IMG/VR virus record: IMGVR_UViG_3300008952_000004
Location: 96,001-160,000 of that record
From: a virus
Reading direction: 5' to 3' (one strand)
DNA length: 64,000 bases
Below are positions 35,189-44,100 of this stretch, piece by piece. A model generated the notes under the pieces. The model saw only the letters and a program-made list of their open reading frames with translations, searched no databases and was not told the origin of the DNA. Every line of letters starts with the position of its first letter. Positions within the stretch are counted from its first letter, which is position 1. The position numbers and the translations under genes are program-made.

Positions 35189-38100
35189 GCAAATACAATC
35201 TAGTATTCCTTTTGTGGGGCTACATGCCCACAGTGGATTATCGTTATTTGATGGTTTGGGGTATCCGCAGGATCATATGGATTTTGCATACAAGAACGGC
35301 TGTGACGCATTGGCTCTTACCGATCATGGGCACATGAATGGATTGTCATATCAAGTCCTTCATGCAAAAAAAATGAAAGCTGCCGGAAAAGATTTTAAGC
35401 CTATCTTTGGTGTCGAGGCATATTTTCTCCCGTCTGTCTCTAAGTGGAAAGCTGCATATGAAGAATCAAAAGAGGCAAAAAAGAAACAGAAGAAGGGCGG
35501 CTTGGTCATCGAGGACGAGAACGCAAGCAAGAGCGCTAAGAGTTTACTGAATAAAAGAAACCATCTTATTTTGTTGGCAATGAACCAAACAGGTTTGAAC
35601 AACATATTTAGGCTCATATCGGAGAGCTATGATGGGACAAATTTTTATAGGTATCCTCGCGTTGATTATGATATGCTTGCTGTTCATAGTGAGGGTGTTA
35701 TTGCCACGTCTGCTTGTCTTGGCGGTGTGTACGCTGGTAATTATTGGGATAATAAGAATGATGGTCCTGATGCTATTATGGATGCAATGAGGTTGACCAC
35801 CGAGAAGATGCAATCTATCTTTGGAGATCGGTGGTACGGAGAACTTCAGTGGAACAACATTCCAGAACAACACGAACTAAACAAATATATTATTCAAGTC
35901 GCAACCGAATACGGACTGGAACTAGTTTCTACAGCCGATAGCCATTATCCAACTCCTGATGCTTGGCGTGACCGAGAACTGTACAAGCGTCTAGGATGGC
36001 TGGGCAAGGGAGGCATGCCCGACTGGATGAGTTCAGAGCTTCCCGAAGGAATTGAGGAGATTGGCTACGAACTATATCCTAAGAACGGCGATGAAATGTG
36101 GGCAGCGTATAAAAAGTATTCATCCGGACTCAATCAACAATACGACGATGACTTGGTGATGGCTTCGATCACTCGCACACACAATATTGCACATAAGCGA
36201 ATTGAGTCTTTTATGCCGGATGATACTGTTCGGCTACCTGATTTCGTTGTACCAGAGGGTAAGACAGCAGAGCGTGCATTGAGAGAATCTTGTGTAGCTG
36301 GGCTCCGCGAGTACATCGATGCGAATGACCCTAAGTTGTCTGAATACATCGAGCGTATTAAGTATGAGTTGGATGTTATCGAGGATCGTGGCTTCACAAA
36401 ATATTTTTTGACAATGAAGACCATCGCGGATAAAGCCCTAGAGCGACAGCTTGTAGGTGTAGGCAGAGGCTCGGCTGCTGGCTCACTAGTGTCTTTTTTA
36501 ATTGGTATTACACAAGTTGATCCGCTTAAATATAATCTACTCTTTGAGCGCTTTATGCGTAAGGATCAGACTGATTATCCAGATATTGATTATGATGTCT
36601 CTGACCCGATGATACTTAAAGAGCGACTTATCGAGGAGTGGGGTGACGGAACAGTTGTACCAATTTCAAATTTTAATACTTTAAAGTTGCGGTCTTTGAT
36701 TAAAGATATTGCAAAGTTATATGAGGTACCATTTACAGAAGTTAACTATGTCACTTCGCGAATGATTAATGAAGCTACGCCCGAAGCCAAGAAAAAACAT
36801 GGCATCAAAGCCGGTGTTTATGTTCCAACGTTCGATGAGGTGGTGGAGTTTTCGCCCACACTTCAGAAATTCTTTGATAAGTACCCGGACATCAAGACAC
36901 ATATCGAGGCTTTGCACGGGCAGGTTCGCAGTGTCAGTCGCCACGCTGGTGGCGTTGTTGTCGGGGAAAATCTTGACAAATGGATGCCGTTGATTAACAG
37001 CGGAGGCATCCGACAAACCCCGTGGTCGGAGGGGCAGAACGTCCGACACTTGGAACCACTCGGGTTCATTAAGTTTGATATTCTTGGACTGGCTTCTCTG
37101 CGGATGATGGAAGGAGCTATTAAGCACATTCTCCGTCGCCACAAGGGCATCGCAGAACCAACTTTCGCACAGGTCAAAGAATATTATGACGAACATCTTC
37201 ACCCGGATAAGATTAATTTTGATGACCAAGTGATCTATGAAAATATTTTCCATAAGGGGAAATGGGCTGGAGTCTTTCAGTTTACAGAGAAAGGTGCACA
37301 GACATTTTGCCAGAAAGCCAAGCCGACAAGCATCATTGATATCTCAGCTATCACATCGATCTATCGTCCCGGTCCTCTGAGCGCCAACGTGCACGAGTTG
37401 TATGTGGAGGCAAAAACTAATCCAGACGAAGTTTCCTATGGGCACGACCTAATCAGGGAAGTAACTGAGGAGACTTATGGGTTCCTAATCTTCCAAGAGC
37501 AGATTGCACTACTAGCACACAAGCTGGGCAAGGATCTGACGCTGGACGAAGGGAACATGCTTCGTAAACTTCTAACTAAAAAGGGAACAGGTTCTACTGA
37601 TGCCAAGAAAATTAAAATCTACAACAAGTTCATCGAAGGTTGTACCGATAAAGGACTATCAAAAAGCTTCGCCGAAGGACTGTGGGAGAAATTCGAATAC
37701 TTCTCGGGGTATGGTTTTAATAAGTCCCACGCTGTTAGCTACAGTATTCTTAGTTATCAGTGTGCCTATCTTCTGCATCATTTCCCTTCAGAGTGGATGG
37801 CGGCGTTTCTGGACAAAGAGCCCGAAGCCAGAAAAGAAGCGGCAATCAATGTAGCCAAGTCACAAGGCTTTACAATTGCCCCGCTAGACATCAACACATC
37901 TGGAACTGTGTGGGAGATTTCAGATGATGGTAATACTCTAATTCAACCGCTGACATCCGTCAAGGGTCTGGGTGACGCAGCTATTGAACAGATTATTAAT
38001 CATCGTCCGTTTGGAGCTATCGAAGAACTATTATTTAATGAAGAAATTGTTTACTCTAAATTAAATAAAAAAGCTCTTGATGTGCTTGCAAGAGCGCAGG

Positions 38101-38606
38101 CATTAAACGATCTGGTTGACAAAAGATTTACCGGACTTAAACATTTTTGGTCCGCAGCGGTTGTTGATCGTCCTAAAACCCGGAAGAAGTTACACGAAAA
38201 CATTGAACTGTATGAACCCGAAGGTGACTTTACTGATGAAGAGAAGATTGAATACTTGGTCAACCTAACCGGTGTCTTTCCCTTTGCGTTGGTGATGGAC
38301 GATTACATTGAGGAACAGTTGGCTGACCACTGTGTCCCGCCGCTAGGAGACTGGGATCAGGACCTCGGCGTGGCGTGGTTCATTCCGCGTGAGGTGATTG
38401 AAAAGAAAACCCGGAAGGGTCGTACATATTGGCTAGTAAAGGTTGTCGACTCAACCAGTAAAAATACTACTATTAAATGCTGGGCGGTCGACCCAAAGAA
38501 GGATGTTGTCCACCTTAATCGACCATACATGGCACGATTGGACTATAGCGATGACTGGGGATTTAGTACACGTTCAGTAAGATATAATTTTAAACTTTTA
38601 GGATAG
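35181..38606 (+). CDS. dnaE: DNA polymerase III alpha subunit (family C, DnaE) with PHP domain
   Basis: 'LHAHS..S..DG', 'LTDHG', 'ADSHY', 'GRGSAAGSLV', 'LLFERF', 'YPDIDYD', 'KFDILGL', 'FQEQ', 'YGFNKSH', C-terminal OB fold. Confidence 0.98.
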   Translation: MSEQIQSSIPFVGLHAHSGLSLFDGLGYPQDHMDFAYKNGCDALALTDHGHMNGLSYQVLHAKKMKAAGKDFKPIFGVEAYFLPSVSKWKAAYEESKEAKKKQKKGGLVIEDENASKSAKSLLNKRNHLILLAMNQTGLNNIFRLISESYDGTNFYRYPRVDYDMLAVHSEGVIATSACLGGVYAGNYWDNKNDGPDAIMDAMRLTTEKMQSIFGDRWYGELQWNNIPEQHELNKYIIQVATEYGLELVSTADSHYPTPDAWRDRELYKRLGWLGKGGMPDWMSSELPEGIEEIGYELYPKNGDEMWAAYKKYSSGLNQQYDDDLVMASITRTHNIAHKRIESFMPDDTVRLPDFVVPEGKTAERALRESCVAGLREYIDANDPKLSEYIERIKYELDVIEDRGFTKYFLTMKTIADKALERQLVGVGRGSAAGSLVSFLIGITQVDPLKYNLLFERFMRKDQTDYPDIDYDVSDPMILKERLIEEWGDGTVVPISNFNTLKLRSLIKDIAKLYEVPFTEVNYVTSRMINEATPEAKKKHGIKAGVYVPTFDEVVEFSPTLQKFFDKYPDIKTHIEALHGQVRSVSRHAGGVVVGENLDKWMPLINSGGIRQTPWSEGQNVRHLEPLGFIKFDILGLASLRMMEGAIKHILRRHKGIAEPTFAQVKEYYDEHLHPDKINFDDQVIYENIFHKGKWAGVFQFTEKGAQTFCQKAKPTSIIDISAITSIYRPGPLSANVHELYVEAKTNPDEVSYGHDLIREVTEETYGFLIFQEQIALLAHKLGKDLTLDEGNMLRKLLTKKGTGSTDAKKIKIYNKFIEGCTDKGLSKSFAEGLWEKFEYFSGYGFNKSHAVSYSILSYQCAYLLHHFPSEWMAAFLDKEPEARKEAAINVAKSQGFTIAPLDINTSGTVWEISDDGNTLIQPLTSVKGLGDAAIEQIINHRPFGAIEELLFNEEIVYSKLNKKALDVLARAQALNDLVDKRFTGLKHFWSAAVVDRPKTRKKLHENIELYEPEGDFTDEEKIEYLVNLTGVFPFALVMDDYIEEQLADHCVPPLGDWDQDLGVAWFIPREVIEKKTRKGRTYWLVKVVDSTSKNTTIKCWAVDPKKDVVHLNRPYMARLDYSDDWGFSTRSVRYNFKLLG

Positions 38607-38657
38607 TATAGTAAAATGAATAAAGAAAAAGAAATGTATATGATTGGGGAAGAGTAA

Positions 38658-39128
38658 ATGAATTTAAAGGTTAAATTGTTACGAGAAGGCGCTAAACCAC
38701 CTCTCAGAACTTATCCGACCGATGCGGGTGCTGATGTTTTTTATTGCAGAAATCCGCAAGAAAGAAACCACTGCATCGGAGAAGAAAATGAATATTGGAT
38801 TGGTCCAAAAGATTCTTGTGTTATTCCAACTGGGATCAAAGTAGAAATACCAGAAGGGTATATGCTTGAGGTAAAAAACAAATCCGGTATTGCTTCGAAG
38901 CGAAGGCTGGTCGTGGGTGCTTGTGTTATAGATTCAGGTTATGATGGAGAAGTATTTATTAACTTACACAACCTTGGTCCGACCACACAAAAGGTCTACC
39001 CAGGAGATAAATTGGCTCAGGTAGTCTTGGTACCAATTAACACATGTGGCTTTGAAATCGTCAATGGCGAGATAAACCAAAATAGCACTCGTGGTTCTGG
39101 AGGTTTTGGTTCAACGGGGGACAGATGA
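38658..39128 (+). CDS. dut: Trimeric dUTPase
   Basis: 'DAGADV', 'NKSG', 'VIDSGYDGE', 'GDKLAQ', 'RGSGGFGSTG'. Confidence 0.96.
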   Translation: MNLKVKLLREGAKPPLRTYPTDAGADVFYCRNPQERNHCIGEENEYWIGPKDSCVIPTGIKVEIPEGYMLEVKNKSGIASKRRLVVGACVIDSGYDGEVFINLHNLGPTTQKVYPGDKLAQVVLVPINTCGFEIVNGEINQNSTRGSGGFGSTGDR

Positions 39129-39388
39129 GTTTTAAGAGAAAAATAAAAAGAAAGCAGGAAAAGGAAGCCAACAAACAACTTAAAAAAGATATTGCACAGA
39201 AGGTGAATATGTTTGATAAATTACCAGATGAGTGCAGTGCCTGTCAAAAGGGATTTGATAAAAAGGATCGTGAAATGGTTATGAGTTGGAACGTGGTGGT
39301 TAGAGAACAAGAGAAAATTGTTAGATTATATTGCCCAGAGTGTTGGGGAAAAGCAAAAAGTATTATTAAGGAGTTACAAGATGCATGA
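39125..39388 (+). CDS. Hypothetical Zn-finger protein
   Basis: CSAC...CPEC; ATGA-coupled to dut. Confidence 0.65.
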   Translation: MSFKRKIKRKQEKEANKQLKKDIAQKVNMFDKLPDECSACQKGFDKKDREMVMSWNVVVREQEKIVRLYCPECWGKAKSIIKELQDA

Positions 39389-40400
39389 GGCTTTGACATA
39401 TGATGATGTATTGTTGGTACCTCAATATTCCGATATTGAGAGCCGAAAGGAAGTTGACTTATCAAATTATTTAGAGGCAGACCTCAAACTGAATATGCCT
39501 ATTATTTCTAGTCCCATGGACACCGTTACAGAGGTGGATATGGCACGTGCAATGGGGATGTCAGGCGGTTTAGGGATCGTACATCGCTATAATAATATTG
39601 GAAAGCAGTCTGAAATGGTTTTTCATTCTGCCGACGAAGGCTGGACCGTAGGAGCCGCTATTGGCATGACGGGGGATTATCTAAAGCGAGCAGAGTCGCT
39701 TGTTGAGCACGGTGCACGAATTCTATGTGTTGACGTTGCTCACGGGCACCATGCCATGATGGAACGTTGCCTTAAAACTTTAAAAGACCGGTTTGGTGAA
39801 GACGTTCATATTATGGCGGGAAATGTCGCCACGAGGGTTGGCTACGAGGCATTAGCTTCTTGGGGCGCTGACTCGGTGCGTTGTAATATTGGCGGAGGTT
39901 CTATTTGCTCAACTAGAATCCAGACAGGGCACGGCATTCCTGGTTTGCAAACTATTTTTGAATGTGCTTCTGCCGGATTGGACGTGCCCATCATCGCTGA
40001 CGGAGGAATTAAAAACTCGGGAGATATAGCTAAGGCTCTTGGCGCGGGTGCTGACTTCGTTATGTTAGGCTCCCTTCTTGCGGGCACAGACGAGTCGCCT
40101 GGAATGCTGCTTGTCGATTCTTCTGGAAAGAAGCAAAAAATTTATAGAGGTATGGCTAGTCACGAAGCACAAAAGGACTGGCGAGGTAAAATGACGTCAG
40201 CACCAGAAGGTGTAACCACATCAATCCCATACAAGGGGTCTGTCTTATCCGTGCTGGGAGATCTCGCTATGGGTGTCCGCAGTGGCTTTTCCTATACCGG
40301 GGCGCGTACAGTTTTAGAATTTCAGACTAAGGCTAAATTCATTAGGCAGACTGGAGCATCTCAAGTGGAGAGCGCTGCTCATATTTATAAGAGAACATAA
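39381..40400 (+). CDS. guaB: IMP dehydrogenase/GMP reductase family protein without CBS domains
   Basis: 'LTYDDVLLVP', 'SSPMDTVT', 'VDVAHG', 'AGNVAT', catalytic 'GGGSICSTR', 'IADGG', 'YRGMAS', 'EGV'. Start moved to ATG 39381. Confidence 0.92.
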   Translation: MHEALTYDDVLLVPQYSDIESRKEVDLSNYLEADLKLNMPIISSPMDTVTEVDMARAMGMSGGLGIVHRYNNIGKQSEMVFHSADEGWTVGAAIGMTGDYLKRAESLVEHGARILCVDVAHGHHAMMERCLKTLKDRFGEDVHIMAGNVATRVGYEALASWGADSVRCNIGGGSICSTRIQTGHGIPGLQTIFECASAGLDVPIIADGGIKNSGDIAKALGAGADFVMLGSLLAGTDESPGMLLVDSSGKKQKIYRGMASHEAQKDWRGKMTSAPEGVTTSIPYKGSVLSVLGDLAMGVRSGFSYTGARTVLEFQTKAKFIRQTGASQVESAAHIYKRT

Positions 40401-40403
40401 AGT

Positions 40404-40733
40404 ATGGCAGAATATGGGCATAACAGAAAGAAGATCGTCTTTTATTCAACCGACAAGATCCACGCCGATATGAAAATACGGCTGAAATATGACGGCTTGA
40501 CTCAAAGTAAATTTTTCCGGAGTCTCGTGGAAGGATATATTAATAAAGATCCTGCGATAAATGATTTTATTGATCGTCTCAAGACAGAAGAGGAAACTCA
40601 AAGCGTTGCTAAGCGGAAAAAAACACGAAAGATGCTAGCAGACGGCGAGAAAACCGCTGCCCTATTTGGCTTAAACGAGCAAGACCTTGAAAACATATTT
40701 GATATTATCGAAAAGGAACACCCAGAACTATGA
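40404..40733 (+). CDS. Hypothetical protein, possibly DNA-binding
   Basis: 109 aa; ATGA-coupled to the next gene. Confidence 0.6.
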   Translation: MAEYGHNRKKIVFYSTDKIHADMKIRLKYDGLTQSKFFRSLVEGYINKDPAINDFIDRLKTEEETQSVAKRKKTRKMLADGEKTAALFGLNEQDLENIFDIIEKEHPEL

Positions 40734-41056
40734 GTAACAGAAAAATATTTAAAGATAAAGGGATACCCGAATGCTCGCGCCGCTGCCTTGAGCTTGGCGT
40801 GTCTTGTCCCATTAAAGACTGCAAAGAGTGGATTGACTATGCCGAGGATGCAAATTGTACTTCAATAGCAATTGCTAAGAATGGTGGTATGACCTTGCGC
40901 GAGGTTGCTGACCGATTACATGTAAGTTTTGTTAGAATTAAGCAGATAGAGGACAAAACAATGGACAAAATCCACCGAGCTTTAGCAAGACGCTTCAACA
41001 TTAATCGGAAAGAGTTAGCCAAATTCGTTTTAGAATGTTTTAATGAACGAGAATAG
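40730..41056 (+). CDS. Stand-alone sigma70 region-4-like HTH protein with Cys-rich N-terminus
   Basis: 'MTLREVADRLHVSFVRIKQIEDK.M.KI' matches the sigma r4.2 'TL.EVG....VTRERIRQIE.KAL.KL' pattern; five Cys upstream. Confidence 0.75.
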   Translation: MSNRKIFKDKGIPECSRRCLELGVSCPIKDCKEWIDYAEDANCTSIAIAKNGGMTLREVADRLHVSFVRIKQIEDKTMDKIHRALARRFNINRKELAKFVLECFNERE

Positions 41057-41099
41057 TGAAAAAAAATATTGTTGACGAGCGTTTAAACCCCGCAACAGA

Positions 41100-41106
41100 C
41101 TATTTA
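41100..41106 (+). promoter_or_regulatory. Putative late promoter box CTATTTA
   Basis: 37 nt upstream of ATG 41144. Confidence 0.6.
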
Positions 41107-41143
41107 TTTGAGAAACACTCTATTATTCTAAGGAGAAAAAGTA

Positions 41144-41725
41144 ATGAGTAAAAACAGACTTGATGAGAGTACGATTCGTCGTTTTATGGGTTTGGCGGGT
41201 ATCCAACCGCTGGGCGAGAATTTTCTTGATAGACTTCAAGAGGAAGAGCCAGAAGAGGTTCCAATGGATGATATGGCAGCAGAAGAGCCTCCAATGGACG
41301 CCGAACCAGCACCAGAGATGGACGCTGAGCCAGCCCCGGAAGCTGGCGAAGCAGCAGCAGAGATCGCACAAGACGTGGCATCAGCAGTAGCCGACGCGAT
41401 GACTCAGGCGCTCAGCAAGCACGGCGTAACAGTTGATGCTGGCGAGGGTGGCGAAGAAATGGCTCCGGTTGAGGAACCCGCGCCGGAGATGGAGCCTCCA
41501 ATGGACGCCGAACCAGCACCAGAGATGGACGCCGAGGAGCCTGCCCTAGAGGAAACCGCCAATACTACAGAGGCTGAAGAAGAAACTCTTGAGGAAAACA
41601 CACCCGAGGATGATGCTCTGACTCAGCTTGAGACAGTCACTAACGACTTGGAAGAAAAAGAAGAAGTGGTTCAAGAAGTTGCACGTCGTGTAGTTAAGCG
41701 TCTTTTAGACACCATTCAAAAATAA
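41144..41725 (+). CDS. Acidic prohead-core-like/internal head protein
   Basis: 'LDESTIRRFMGLAGI' N-terminus; E/P-rich; many L-x-E sites; late box upstream. Confidence 0.65.
   Translation: MSKNRLDESTIRRFMGLAGIQPLGENFLDRLQEEEPEEVPMDDMAAEEPPMDAEPAPEMDAEPAPEAGEAAAEIAQDVASAVADAMTQALSKHGVTVDAGEGGEEMAPVEEPAPEMEPPMDAEPAPEMDAEEPALEETANTTEAEEETLEENTPEDDALTQLETVTNDLEEKEEVVQEVARRVVKRLLDTIQK
41285..41532 (+). repeat. 41-bp exact direct repeat (41285-41325 and 41492-41532) encoding EPPMDAEPAPEMDA
   Basis: GAGCCTCCAATGGACGCCGAACCAGCACCAGAGATGGACGC occurs twice. Confidence 0.9.
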
Positions 41726-41806
41726 TTAAGAGAGGTTGGTTTGAGCAGCGCAAGCACTGCCAGAACTAAACATATCTATGCCCACCATAGCATAAAGAGA
41801 ATCTAT

Positions 41807-41851
41807 ATAAGCGCAAGTTATATGCCGCATGGTTGTATAACTTGCGCTTAT
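41807..41851. repeat. 16-bp perfect inverted repeat in a structured intergenic region
   Basis: ATAAGCGCAAGTTATA-13 nt-TATAACTTGCGCTTAT. Confidence 0.9.
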
Positions 41852-41957
41852 TTGTGTTTAAAGTGCTGAAACACAGCGAGACTTGAAAAGTGCAAATTAT
41901 AAAATTTTTGTCGCTTAGGATTTTTGAGATTTTGGTTTTTTAAAAAGGAGAACAAAA

Positions 41958-42323
41958 ATGGAAGCATTATGGTTTTTTGGAGGAGCACTCACTTTTCAAT
42001 TGTTAGCAAGGCTCTTCAGAGCAGGGCAGTTGGTACATTTGTCGGTTGAGGTCGGAGCGCGACTTCTCGTTCTGATCCAGCATACTGATTCTTTATTAGA
42101 TGACATTCAGGAGATGAGATATAAAAAAATGTTGGAAAGCGGATGGGATTCTGAAGATTTGAAACTAATTAAAGAGATGGATAAAAAGACTGTCGAAGCT
42201 TGGCGAGAGAGTTTAATCTTCAGTTTCAGGAACTCCCTGCCCGCCCCAATGAGAAATGTTTATAAATTTGATAATTGGGATGATGCAATGAGATTCTTAA
42301 ACAAGCACGTAAAAAGAGGGTAG
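41958..42323 (+). CDS. Hypothetical protein, possible N-terminal membrane anchor
   Basis: AAGGAG RBS; hydrophobic N-terminus. Confidence 0.6.
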   Translation: MEALWFFGGALTFQLLARLFRAGQLVHLSVEVGARLLVLIQHTDSLLDDIQEMRYKKMLESGWDSEDLKLIKEMDKKTVEAWRESLIFSFRNSLPAPMRNVYKFDNWDDAMRFLNKHVKRG

Positions 42324-42335
42324 GGGCTTATAACA

Positions 42336-43481
42336 ATGCAAATAACAAGGGAAAACTTAAAGAAAATGATTATGGAGTCGATGAAGGCAACAAAGCACTC
42401 ATCTTTATTGGAAGCTCCAGAAATGCTTGATGAAAAAAGCATTTTAAAGAACAAATATCCATTTAAGGCAATTTATATTTTTGGACCGGCAGGCTCCGGA
42501 AAATCATATATTAGTTCGAACCTTTTAGGAATTCCTAAAGATTTTGTTGTTTCCAACCCTGACGAGCGAATTGAAGAGGTATTCCCCGCATTCGGAATTA
42601 GCATGAAATTTGCAAATTCAGAAACAGGTGGGGATGCAGACTTGGAAGCATTACAACAAAAATCTCGTGTTATTTTGCAAAATGCCAGCAGAGCGCACAC
42701 AGCCAATCTAATTGGTATTGCAAACCCCATCATCTTTGATACCACCGGAGAGGAAGTTCCTAAAATGGTTAAACGCATCGAGGGGTTAACTAAGTTGGGG
42801 TATGACGTGGCTGTATTTATGGTCAACGTACCGACACAAGCATCTGTTGACCGCGATGCGCGACGACAGCGAACTGTGGGTACTAATCGGACCTCAGCCA
42901 TCTCTGTACAATACCAAAAAGAAGTGGTGCAAGGGCAGGGTTACCTTAAAGCACTAGCATCAAATAAAAATGTGACAGTATTGTCTGACGTGTATAATAA
43001 CATATTTGATTTGAATACAGGCGAGCTTTTAACGAAACCTACAAAAATCGCACCAGAGATGCTTCCAGATGAACTAAATCCTGAGAAAAACCCTGAAGCA
43101 TTTGCAAATGAAAAAGCCAAAATGGAACAGGCTATTAGCAGACTGCAACAATGGGTCAGCACTCCTGTCGAGAATCCGGCAGGACAGGTGGTTCTCAAGG
43201 GCATGCGTATGCTGGTTAAAAAATCCGGAGGCAAGCTGGGGCAGAATTTGAACGATTTGGTGGTGGCTACTGCCAACAAGGAATTTCAGGATTCCGAGAT
43301 CGTTGCAGCCGCCGAGCACCTTAGTTTACTCGGCGGAGGAGAAAAGGCAGTGTCTGGTACTATCCGAGGTCAGAAACCTTCCAGCGCTGATACAATTCGT
43401 GGAATGACACAGAACGAAAATTTAGACTATGATGGGCTTTTAACAAAAGTTCGTGATATCATTTATAATAGACATGAATAA
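42336..43481 (+). CDS. P-loop kinase (AAA_33/zeta-toxin-like) with leader peptide
   Basis: Leader 'MQITRENLKKMIMES...LLE..LDE'; 'KAIYIFGPAGSGKS', 'NPDE', 'IIFDTTG', 'RDARRQR'. Confidence 0.75.
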   Translation: MQITRENLKKMIMESMKATKHSSLLEAPEMLDEKSILKNKYPFKAIYIFGPAGSGKSYISSNLLGIPKDFVVSNPDERIEEVFPAFGISMKFANSETGGDADLEALQQKSRVILQNASRAHTANLIGIANPIIFDTTGEEVPKMVKRIEGLTKLGYDVAVFMVNVPTQASVDRDARRQRTVGTNRTSAISVQYQKEVVQGQGYLKALASNKNVTVLSDVYNNIFDLNTGELLTKPTKIAPEMLPDELNPEKNPEAFANEKAKMEQAISRLQQWVSTPVENPAGQVVLKGMRMLVKKSGGKLGQNLNDLVVATANKEFQDSEIVAAAEHLSLLGGGEKAVSGTIRGQKPSSADTIRGMTQNENLDYDGLLTKVRDIIYNRHE

Positions 43482-43755
43482 AAGTGGTGGATATAATAGA
43501 CTTTCTGCTCGAAAAGCGCTTTTAAGAGCCTTTCTCGACAAGGAAAAACTTTTCGAAAAAGAGGATAACATACTCTATGGCGGCAAAAAAGTTTTTGTCA
43601 TTAATTCGATATTGGCTCATTCTTTAGATTTGCGCGCAAAAAAAATAATTTCCTTGACAGAGGTACAATATTATGTTAATCTGATTCAGCAATACATAGA
43701 CGATCAAGTCGATCTGTGTTGGAAAGATAACAAATTGATGATTAAAATTAAATAG
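43474..43755 (+). CDS. Hypothetical protein
   Basis: Overlaps the upstream stop; ATG 43474 preferred. Confidence 0.5.
   Translation: MNKSGGYNRLSARKALLRAFLDKEKLFEKEDNILYGGKKVFVINSILAHSLDLRAKKIISLTEVQYYVNLIQQYIDDQVDLCWKDNKLMIKIK
43654..43682 (+). promoter_or_regulatory. sigma70-type promoter
   Basis: TTGACA-N17-TAATCT with extended -10 TG. Confidence 0.55.
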
Positions 43756-43778
43756 TCTATTTAAGAGAGAGGTGTTTT

Positions 43779-44099
43779 ATGGAAGCTACAGCTTGGAAAG
43801 AACAATATTGTGGACCAAACGAATACTTGTATAGATTGCAAATTAATAATGTGTGTGGAAGATCTGAAAAGAAAATTCAAAAAATTGTAGAAGATTGGAG
43901 CAATTCTGGTCGAGGCTACAACCCAGGAAACCAGACGAGAATGCTTTTGTTTTCAAAAGTATTTGAATCAGAACAAGAATGGTTAAAATGGGCTAAACAA
44001 TTTCCTTACAAGCTGATAGAATTAAACAGCAAGGGAAACCCAAAGAGGACAAAACTGGGCATCGATGCAATTAGCAAAAGTAAGAAGAAGGGCTCATAA
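43779..44099 (+). CDS. Hypothetical protein
   Basis: GAGGTG RBS; CTATTTA at 43757-43763. Confidence 0.6.
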   Translation: MEATAWKEQYCGPNEYLYRLQINNVCGRSEKKIQKIVEDWSNSGRGYNPGNQTRMLLFSKVFESEQEWLKWAKQFPYKLIELNSKGNPKRTKLGIDAISKSKKKGS

Positions 44100-44100
44100 T

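Noticed and set aside
29597-38606. Inteins or introns in RNR, DnaE, RecA or helicase
   Set aside because: Lengths are normal for the families, and no splicing motifs or LAGLIDADG/HNH insertions were seen.
41285-41532. Possible CRISPR or mini-array from the 41-bp repeat
   Set aside because: There are only two copies, in frame within a coding sequence, encoding a peptide repeat; no cas genes or spacer periodicity.
41726-41957. tRNA gene in the structured intergenic gap
   Set aside because: No cloverleaf, TTC-containing T-loop or acceptor stem could be built; I saw no tRNAs elsewhere in the window either.
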